From assembly GCA_964403535.1 (NCBI GenBank), contig CAYOFN010000011.1:1-23297 (forward strand): a stretch of DNA of 23,297 nt. Direction: 5' to 3'. Source of the stretch: Candidatus Woesearchaeota archaeon. GTDB lineage: Archaea; Nanobdellota; Nanobdellia; Pacearchaeales; GW2011-AR1. Under the pieces are notes generated by a model. It ran no database searches. It was not told the origin of the DNA and saw nothing but the letters and a program-made list of their open reading frames with translations. Made by a program: the position numbers and the translations under genes. Positions within the stretch are counted from its first letter, which is position 1, and the number at the start of each line of letters is the position of its first letter. Of this stretch, positions 15,550 to 21,818 are shown piece by piece.

Positions 15550-16203
15550 TTATTTTTTCTCCTCTGTTTTTTTCTCAGGTTCAATTTTCCTGTTAATAAA
15601 CTCAATAAGCTCAGGAGTTATGTCCACTCTATCGTGAATTTTTGCATCTGGAGCTAAAATCATCACTTTTATTCCAGTAATCCCTAACTTTGTTAAAGCA
15701 GTAGCCTGGGCTTTTCTTACAACTTTTGAAGGTTCTCCTGTTTTCTTTAAATATCCAGCAGCAAATCTCCATGACTTTGCTCTGTCACTTGGAAGTTTTC
15801 CTGAAAGTCTTATCTCTGCACCAAGAGCCCCAGCATCCATTATTCTTTTAAGCATTTTATAGGCAATAACCTTGAACTTCAAATTTCCAAGTCTTTCAAG
15901 AGTGAGAGCAATCTCTTCAGCCATTAACTGTGCATCAAACTCCTGCCTGGTTATTTCCTCAATTTCAATATGGGGATTTTCTAATTTAAATTTTAATTTT
16001 AAGATTCTGGTAAGTGAGTTTATCTTCTCCCCTTTTGTTCCAATTACTATTCCTGGTTTGTTTGTAGAAACAATTATTTTTTCCCCTACAGGAGTGTAAT
16101 CTATTCTGACATTGCTTATTCTTCCTTTTCCAAGTCCTCTGCTTACATACTCCTTTATAGTCATTTCTTCTTTCTTGAATTTTACAAATTTTTTCTCTTC
16201 CAT
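15550..16203 (-). CDS. rps3: 30S ribosomal protein uS3
   Basis: It has a KH-domain region (IVSTNKPGIVIGTKGEKINSL) and a C-terminal domain (RIMDAGALGAEIRLSGKL). I trimmed it to the ATG at 16203, which abuts the uL22 stop at 16205. Confidence 0.93.
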   Translation of the reverse strand: MEEKKFVKFKKEEMTIKEYVSRGLGKGRISNVRIDYTPVGEKIIVSTNKPGIVIGTKGEKINSLTRILKLKFKLENPHIEIEEITRQEFDAQLMAEEIALTLERLGNLKFKVIAYKMLKRIMDAGALGAEIRLSGKLPSDRAKSWRFAAGYLKKTGEPSKVVRKAQATALTKLGITGIKVMILAPDAKIHDRVDITPELIEFINRKIEPEKKTEEKK

Positions 16204-16204
16204 C

Positions 16205-16636
16205 TTATTTCTTTTCTCCAGATTTTTTACTTTGAACAAGTTTCAATGTAAGATGAGTTCTTTTAGCTCTTGTTGTTCCAAATCTCTTATGAGGTCTTTG
16301 AGCCCCATTAGCTTTACAAAAGATTACACCCCTTTCAACCTCAAGAGAATTCACAATCGCATTTGCTCTTAATTGTTTTAATGCTCTGATAAATTCTTTT
16401 GCTGCATTTACTGGGTATCTTCCAGACATCATTCCCTTTCCTTTTCTGTGTGGAATCTCTCCTTTCATTGGAACAGCTCTTTTAATTCTTACTACTTCTT
16501 CAAGCATTGAAATAGCTTTTTCAATATTCTTCCCTCTAATAAAATCACATATTGCAGCAGAATGCTTTTTTGAGATTCTCAAATCTTTTGCATTAACACA
16601 TGCTTCTTTCTTTTCTTCTGTTTTTTTATTTTCCAT
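16205..16636 (-). CDS. rpl22: 50S ribosomal protein uL22
   Basis: AKDLRISKKHSAAICDFIRGKNIEKAISMLEEV...KGKGMMSGRYP. I trimmed it to the ATG at 16636, which lies 7 nt after the uS19 stop. Confidence 0.92.
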   Translation of the reverse strand: MENKKTEEKKEACVNAKDLRISKKHSAAICDFIRGKNIEKAISMLEEVVRIKRAVPMKGEIPHRKGKGMMSGRYPVNAAKEFIRALKQLRANAIVNSLEVERGVIFCKANGAQRPHKRFGTTRAKRTHLTLKLVQSKKSGEKK

Positions 16637-16643
16637 TTTATTT

Positions 16644-17030
16644 TTATTTGACTGATGCAGATGCACTTGACCTTGTAGCACCTACTCCTGCTGCTCCATG
16701 CGAAACTTTCTTTCTTGTAACTACAAACTCTCCAAGCCTATGCCCAATCATTTCAGTGAGGATTATGACTTTTTGAAATTGGTGTCCATCATGTATATAA
16801 ATAGTGTACCCCACCATTCTTGGAACAATTACAATTGCTCTTGAGTGCGTTCTGATTAATTTGCCCTTTTGCTTTCTTTTTTGGCATTTTTTTATAAAAT
16901 TTTCAATCTCATTAAATTGCTTTAATACAGATCTCCTTTCTTTTGAGGTAAGATATTTTGCAAACTCACGAGTGTCTAGTTTTTTTAAATCTTCAAGTGT
17001 TTGTCCTCTGTATGTAAATTCTTTTACCAT
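16644..17030 (-). CDS. rps19: 30S ribosomal protein uS19
   Basis: FTYRGQTLEDLKKLDTREFAKYL...GYTIYIHDGHQFQKVIILTEMIGHRLGEF. I trimmed it to the ATG at 17030, near the uL2 stop at 17035. Confidence 0.93.
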   Translation of the reverse strand: MVKEFTYRGQTLEDLKKLDTREFAKYLTSKERRSVLKQFNEIENFIKKCQKRKQKGKLIRTHSRAIVIVPRMVGYTIYIHDGHQFQKVIILTEMIGHRLGEFVVTRKKVSHGAAGVGATRSSASASVK

Positions 17031-17034
17031 TTTC

Positions 17035-17733
17035 TTATTTTTTTCTTCCAGTTCTGCTTGGGCGAATATGTCCAACTTTTGCTCCTGGAGGAGCATTTCT
17101 TTTAGCTATCTTTGATTTAATTCTTTTTCCTCTTCCACTTCCAAAAGGATGGTCTACTGCATTAGTCTTTATTGCAGAAGTTCTATGCCATTTTCTTCCT
17201 TTTGATTTCATAGCATAGTGTTTGTTACCAGCTTTTATCATTGGTTTGTCCATTCTTCCATGTCCAGCTATAACTCCCATACACGCTCTACAATCCTCAT
17301 TAAACATTATTTCTTTTTTATTTTTCATTAACACTCCAATCTTTCCATCTTGTTTTTTAGTAACAACAGCAGAGCTTCCAGAGGTTCTTGTTATTTTCCC
17401 TCCGTCTCCAGGAGAAAGTTCAATATTGTACACTTCACTTCCAAGAGGGATATCTTTTAATTTTAAAACATTTCCAATTCCTTTGTTTCCTCCAAACTCT
17501 ACTTCTTTTCCCTCATATACTCCTTTTGCAGCAGGGATATAGAACTTTTCATTATTTATTCTTATTACTGCCAGAGGAGCTGAATGTGCAGGTGATTTAA
17601 TTAGCCTTTCTATAACTCCCTTTCCAATTACTTCTTTTTTTGGATAACCAACTTTGTAGATATATGCTTTTTTTCTAACTCTAAAAGTAAGACTTCCCTT
17701 TCCTCTTGCTTGTTGTGTTATTCTTTTTCCCAT
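17035..17733 (-). CDS. rpl2: 50S ribosomal protein uL2
   Basis: GSEVYNIELSPGDGGKITRTSGSSAVV...MGVIAGHGRMDKPMIKAGNKHY...VDHPFGSGRGK. Confidence 0.96.
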   Translation of the reverse strand: MGKRITQQARGKGSLTFRVRKKAYIYKVGYPKKEVIGKGVIERLIKSPAHSAPLAVIRINNEKFYIPAAKGVYEGKEVEFGGNKGIGNVLKLKDIPLGSEVYNIELSPGDGGKITRTSGSSAVVTKKQDGKIGVLMKNKKEIMFNEDCRACMGVIAGHGRMDKPMIKAGNKHYAMKSKGRKWHRTSAIKTNAVDHPFGSGRGKRIKSKIAKRNAPPGAKVGHIRPSRTGRKK

Positions 17734-17736
17734 TTT

Positions 17737-17976
17737 TTATATCATCCCCAGCTTTGTAGCTAAATCTATTGCAGGGTTTTTTTTATCTAACTTAACATGA
17801 GCGTATTTTTTATTTCCTCTTATAGACGTTCTAATCTTTTCCACTTTTACTCCAAAAATTTCTTCAAATTCTTTTTTTATTTCTGGCTTTTTCTTTTTTC
17901 TCTCAGTCTCGATTAAGATTACATTTTCAGCTTCAATCAATCTTACAGCTTTTTCTGAAGTTATTGGTTTTATCAT
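17737..17976 (-). CDS. rpl23: 50S ribosomal protein uL23
   Basis: 79 aa: ITSEKAVRLIEAENVILIETERKKKKPEIKKEFEEIFGVKVEKIRT. It occupies the conserved position between uL4 and uL2. Confidence 0.9.
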   Translation of the reverse strand: MIKPITSEKAVRLIEAENVILIETERKKKKPEIKKEFEEIFGVKVEKIRTSIRGNKKYAHVKLDKKNPAIDLATKLGMI

Positions 17977-18788
17977 TTTTCCTTCTCCTTTATCTTTTTA
18001 TTAATCTTGTTTCCTAATTCTTCAATTGCTTTTTCTGTGAAGATTGATACTCTTGCCCCGCCCTCTGCAATATCTCTTATAGTCACTTCTTTTATTTTTT
18101 TGATTTCAATTGAGTTATTCTTTTTTTCCTCTTTATTTCCTATAATCAAAATCATTCCAGCAGTTTGTTTATATTTTCTTCCTCTCATCTTACCTCTTCC
18201 AGCTCTCTGGTTCTTTTTTTTGAAAGCAACTTCACTTAGCTCTCCAAGTATTGTTTTAATTCCAGAAATAAATTCTTTTGTTCCTGCGGATAAAGATTTA
18301 GACTCAATAATAACTGGAAGTTTTATTTTTATTTCTTTATTATGAAGTGTTTGATACTTCTCTTTTACCATTTTCATTGAGGCTAGAGAAGCTAATGCAG
18401 ACTTAAAAGCAAGTTCTTTTTCTTTTTTATTTATCTTCTTTTCATTTAGAAAACCAGCGATTTTTGGAGGATGAGCTCTCCTTCCACCACGAGTGCTCGG
18501 GATTGTAGCTCCTTCCCACAGAAATTGACTTCCTCTTCTTCTGAAAATCTTTCTTGGGATCTTAGAGAGCCCCTTTCCTGTAGCGGTTTTCCATACATGC
18601 CTTCTGTGAGTAGCTTTTCCTGAAGAAGCATACTGATTTCCAGCTCTCCAGAATGGCGCATAAGGATGTTGTTTCTTTTCAGCTTCAATCACCTTTTGAA
18701 CAATATCCTCTCTTATTTTTCCTTCAAAGATGCCTGTACTTATTTCTTTTACTTTTTCTCCCTGAATATTTAATACTTGCACTTTCAT
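17973..18788 (-). CDS. rpl4: 50S ribosomal protein uL4
   Basis: YAPFWRAGNQYASSGKATHRRHVWKT...GATIPSTRGGRRAHPPK. There are 4-nt ATGA overlaps at both ends. Confidence 0.93.
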   Translation of the reverse strand: MKVQVLNIQGEKVKEISTGIFEGKIREDIVQKVIEAEKKQHPYAPFWRAGNQYASSGKATHRRHVWKTATGKGLSKIPRKIFRRRGSQFLWEGATIPSTRGGRRAHPPKIAGFLNEKKINKKEKELAFKSALASLASMKMVKEKYQTLHNKEIKIKLPVIIESKSLSAGTKEFISGIKTILGELSEVAFKKKNQRAGRGKMRGRKYKQTAGMILIIGNKEEKKNNSIEIKKIKEVTIRDIAEGGARVSIFTEKAIEELGNKINKKIKEKEK

Positions 18789-19744
18789 CTTATCTCCACA
18801 ATTTCATACTTTAGTTTTTCTTGTTTCTTAGTAGGCCTCAATGCTTTTGTCAGAATAATCTGTCTTTTTGCAGGTCCTTGTATGCTTCCCTTTACAATAA
18901 GAAACTCTCCATTTGTTCTCCCGTAATTTTTCAGTTCACCCAAGGGATTATCCTTCGAGTTTCCTATTAATAAAATCTTTTGATTATAAGAAACCCTTGT
19001 AAAAAATCCAGTCTGTCCAGCCATTGGAACTCTGAATGTAACTCTTGAAGGATGCCACGGCCCTATTGAACCTGGCCTTCTTACACCTTTTTCACTTTTA
19101 TGAAATTTTAATTTTATCCCAAATCTTTTCACAGGCCCCTGGGTTCCATACCCCTTTGTAATCCCTCTTGAATCAATTAGTTCTTTCCCAAATACCTCTG
19201 AAACAGAAATTTCTTTTCCAATTTTTTCTTTTATTAATTTGAGTTTATCTTCTTTTGTTCCTGAGAGAGCAATTTCTCCAAGATCTGGGGTTTTTTTAAT
19301 TCCAATACTCTTTACAGTAGAGTAGGCAACAATTCTTACATCATCAAACTCTTTTTCTTTCTCAATTTTTTCTATTTCTTTTTCAGTTGCAGTTTCTTCT
19401 TTTGGAATTTTTAATTTTCTTTTAAGTTCCTTATCAAGTCCCTTACTTAACACTTCTGAAACAACTTTTTTGTTTTTATAAAATCTTACTGATAATATTT
19501 TGATTTTAGGACACTCAATTATTGTTATAGGAATAGCTATTCTTTTTTTCTTTGTAAGAGAATGTTCAGTTTCATCTCGAACTATTGCAGATTTCATTCC
19601 AGCTTTATATCCTATAAATCCAAGAAATCCAGATTTTTGCTGAGTGGGAATAGCATTCCAATTAACTCTGGGCAAGAATTTTTTTGCTCTCACTCTCGGC
19701 CAAAACTGTAAACTTCCCTTTCTCGGAGTACTTAATTTTCCCAT
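18785..19744 (-). CDS. rpl3: 50S ribosomal protein uL3 (first gene of the superoperon)
   Basis: PRKGSLQFWPRVRAKK...GFIGYKAGM...GITKGYGTQGPVKRFG...PWHPSRV. Confidence 0.95.
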   Translation of the reverse strand: MGKLSTPRKGSLQFWPRVRAKKFLPRVNWNAIPTQQKSGFLGFIGYKAGMKSAIVRDETEHSLTKKKRIAIPITIIECPKIKILSVRFYKNKKVVSEVLSKGLDKELKRKLKIPKEETATEKEIEKIEKEKEFDDVRIVAYSTVKSIGIKKTPDLGEIALSGTKEDKLKLIKEKIGKEISVSEVFGKELIDSRGITKGYGTQGPVKRFGIKLKFHKSEKGVRRPGSIGPWHPSRVTFRVPMAGQTGFFTRVSYNQKILLIGNSKDNPLGELKNYGRTNGEFLIVKGSIQGPAKRQIILTKALRPTKKQEKLKYEIVEIR

Positions 19745-19768
19745 TGTTTTCTAAATCCTAATTTTGAA

Positions 19769-19810
19769 CTCAGAAATATGTAATTTTACTTACAGTCGTT
19801 GATTTCTGAG
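19769..19810 (-). promoter_or_regulatory. Hairpin in the uL3 leader (9-bp perfect stem, 24-nt loop)
   Basis: CTCAGAAAT (19769-19777) is the exact reverse complement of ATTTCTGAG (19802-19810). The element ends 25 nt upstream of the uL3 ATG. Confidence 0.4.
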
Positions 19811-19888
19811 CCTGCCAACATCTGTTGACTGCTATCAAAAATTTCGTCTATACAAAGATAATTGATACTTTCCTTAAAAATCATGTGT

Positions 19889-19912
19889 TTTTAAACCTTT
19901 TGAACTCAAGAA
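19889..19912 (-). repeat. Copy B of a perfect 24-nt direct repeat with a TATA-like end (possible proximal promoter of the r-protein operon)
   Basis: The plus strand reads TTTTAAACCTTTTGAACTCAAGAA. On the operon strand it reads TTCTTGAGTTCAAAAGGTTTAAAA. It is identical to 19948-19971. Confidence 0.7.
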
Positions 19913-19947
19913 GGTTTACTCCTTTCCGAGGTTTCTTTAAAAAGCTC

Positions 19948-19971
19948 TTTTAAACCTTTTGAACTCAAGAA
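19948..19971 (-). repeat. Copy A of the perfect 24-nt direct repeat (possible distal promoter)
   Basis: Identical 24-mer, 59 nt from copy B. The 11-nt core TTTTGAACTCA recurs a third time at 19762-19772. Confidence 0.7.
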
Positions 19972-19980
19972 ACTCAAATA

Positions 19981-20682
19981 TTACGCTTCAAACTCTCTCA
20001 CTTCTTCCCTCTCCTGTCCATCTGCAATAATCTTCCGGATAATTTTCCCTTTCCTTTTTGCCATCTCCCTGATTTTTGCAAAATCTTTTTCTCCACCTGC
20101 ATCAGGGGTGATAATCTCAGTTATCTCAAAAGTATGTGAGACTTTAGCTTTTCTGCATTCAGGAAGCATAAACCCTTTGCTTACTATCTGCCAGTATTTT
20201 AAATCAGCTTCAAGGACACAGAATTTATCATCTACTTTTCCCTCTTTATTATTTCCAGGTTTAGGCAGTTTTTTCTTTATCTTTAAAATAAATCCCTCTC
20301 CTTCTATATCCAACATAGTAGCATACGCTTCTTCAATAAGTTCTCTTAATTTCTCACCACTAATCTCCTGTTCGTCAAGATTATTCTGAAAAAATAACCC
20401 TCCTCTTTTTTCTACTGAATTTCCTTTAATCAGGTTTTTTGACATTATTCCAGAAAGATCCTCCTTGCTTAAAACCATCCCTGAAACTTTTCCTCCTCCG
20501 ATTTCACAGACTAAACTCACAAAATCATTTGTCCATTCAAAACCACCTTTTAATTTTATTTTAGAAATTTTTTGAAGGTTTATTAAAGCACGGTTTTCAA
20601 ACGTTCCTTTTGAAAACCTGGTAAAATAAGCATGCGCCTCTTCTGCTTTTCCATCCCAAATCTTTTTTATAAAACAATCCAT
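19981..20682 (-). CDS. Hypothetical protein (233 aa), no family recognised
   Basis: Clean ATG-initiated ORF with a TATA-like palindrome about 24 nt upstream. The composition is protein-like and soluble, not low-complexity. It is co-oriented with uL3 and lies directly upstream of it. Confidence 0.6.
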   Translation of the reverse strand: MDCFIKKIWDGKAEEAHAYFTRFSKGTFENRALINLQKISKIKLKGGFEWTNDFVSLVCEIGGGKVSGMVLSKEDLSGIMSKNLIKGNSVEKRGGLFFQNNLDEQEISGEKLRELIEEAYATMLDIEGEGFILKIKKKLPKPGNNKEGKVDDKFCVLEADLKYWQIVSKGFMLPECRKAKVSHTFEITEIITPDAGGEKDFAKIREMAKRKGKIIRKIIADGQEREEVREFEA

Positions 20683-20702
20683 ACTTCTACTTCTTATTTT
20701 TA

Positions 20703-20712
20703 ATTTATAAAT
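20703..20712 (-). promoter_or_regulatory. Putative TATA box of the 233-aa hypothetical gene
   Basis: Palindromic ATTTATAAAT is centred about 25 nt upstream of the ATG at 20682. Confidence 0.4.
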
Positions 20713-20736
20713 CTTCCCCTGCTAGTTTTTCATAAC

Positions 20737-20745
20737 ATTTATAAA
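20737..20745 (+). promoter_or_regulatory. Putative TATA box of the AI-2E permease / AMP phosphorylase unit
   Basis: ATTTATAAA is centred about 26 nt upstream of the ATG at 20767. It forms a divergent promoter pair with 20703-20712. Confidence 0.4.
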
Positions 20746-20766
20746 GAAAAATGAGTAGCTCTTAGC

Positions 20767-21807
20767 ATGGATGAAAAAAGATTTCATGATATCTCTCTTC
20801 TTGTGTTATTAGCAGTATTAGTTGTTCTAACTATCGTAGTAGTCCGCCCAGTAGCCATGGCAATTATTCTGGGGCTACTTGGAGCTTATATGTTCTTTCC
20901 ATTATATTCCAAGCTTTTCTCAAGAACTAAATCAAAAAATCTCTCTGCACTGATAATCAGTGTAGGAATTGTTCTAATCATTATGACTCCATTATGGTTC
21001 TTAATCCCTCTTGCAATTAGACAAGCATTTAATATCTACACCTATATGCAGAATACAGATTTAGTCTCTATTTTTACAACAAGCTTTCCCTCTTTTTTTG
21101 GTTCAGCAGAACTTTCTGTTAATGTAATAAGCTCTCTTAATGGTTTTGTCGGAAAACTCACAAGTAGCCTTCTCTCAAATTTTACACAAATACTTCTCAA
21201 TCTTCCTGCGCTCATTCTGCAATTTTTTATAGTAGTATTTGCTTTCTTTTTTGCTCTAAGAGACGGAAAAGAATTAGTTGAGTATCTTAAATCTTTATCT
21301 CCTCTTCCTCCTGAATCTGAAAGAAAATTTTTCGAAAGATTCAAAGATATAACTCACTCAGTTATTTTTGGGCAGATCATTGTAGGAGTTGTACAGGGAG
21401 TAACAACTGGAATTGGATTATTTATCTTTCAGGTTCCAAACGCACTTATCTTAACTCTTGTAGCCACTCTTGTTGGAATCCTTCCAATAATCGGCCCATG
21501 GCTAGTCTGGGTTCCAGCAGACCTGTATTTATTCACTTCTGGTAGACCAGGGGCAGCAATTGGACTTTTAATTTACGGATTAATTGTAGTAACTTGGATA
21601 GACAGTCTGATAAGACCTGCAATAGTCTCAAGAAGAACCAAAATAAATTCAGGAGTTATATTTATTGGAATGATTGGAGGATTATTTGCTTTTGGAATTT
21701 TAGGTTTATTTCTTGGCCCTTTAATTGTTGCTTATCTTCTTATTGCCCTTGAACTTTATAAACAAAAAAGATTCAATAATGTTTTTGTAAGTTCTGAGCA
21801 TAAATAA
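20767..21807 (+). CDS. AI-2E family (PerM/UPF0118) membrane transporter
   Basis: 346 aa with about 8 TM segments. The family-like core reads GQIIVGVVQGVTTGIGLFIFQVPNALILTLVATLVGILPIIGPWLVWVPA. Confidence 0.75.
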   Translation: MDEKRFHDISLLVLLAVLVVLTIVVVRPVAMAIILGLLGAYMFFPLYSKLFSRTKSKNLSALIISVGIVLIIMTPLWFLIPLAIRQAFNIYTYMQNTDLVSIFTTSFPSFFGSAELSVNVISSLNGFVGKLTSSLLSNFTQILLNLPALILQFFIVVFAFFFALRDGKELVEYLKSLSPLPPESERKFFERFKDITHSVIFGQIIVGVVQGVTTGIGLFIFQVPNALILTLVATLVGILPIIGPWLVWVPADLYLFTSGRPGAAIGLLIYGLIVVTWIDSLIRPAIVSRRTKINSGVIFIGMIGGLFAFGILGLFLGPLIVAYLLIALELYKQKRFNNVFVSSEHK

Positions 21808-21818
21808 AAAGAGATAAA

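Noticed and set aside
19786-19884. 32-codon minus-strand ORF (MIFKESINYLCIDEIFDSSQQMLAGSEINDCK) inside the uL3 leader, a possible uORF.
   Set aside because: Its ATG lies only about 5 nt downstream of the proximal TATA-like element and has no SD. It is short and has no recognisable features, so it cannot be distinguished from chance without conservation or Ribo-seq data.
19889-19971. Two 24-nt perfect repeats separated by a 35-nt spacer, which resembles CRISPR geometry.
   Set aside because: There are only two regular copies. The third core copy is irregularly spaced, no cas genes are in the window, and the repeat carries a TATA-like end directly upstream of a highly expressed operon. A promoter or regulatory duplication is the more economical reading.
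19745-19980. Possibility that the repeat-bearing AT-rich intergenic region is a replication origin (ORB-like repeats).
   Set aside because: The repeats are direct rather than inverted. They do not resemble the ORB/mini-ORB consensus as I recall it, and no cdc6/orc1 gene is adjacent.
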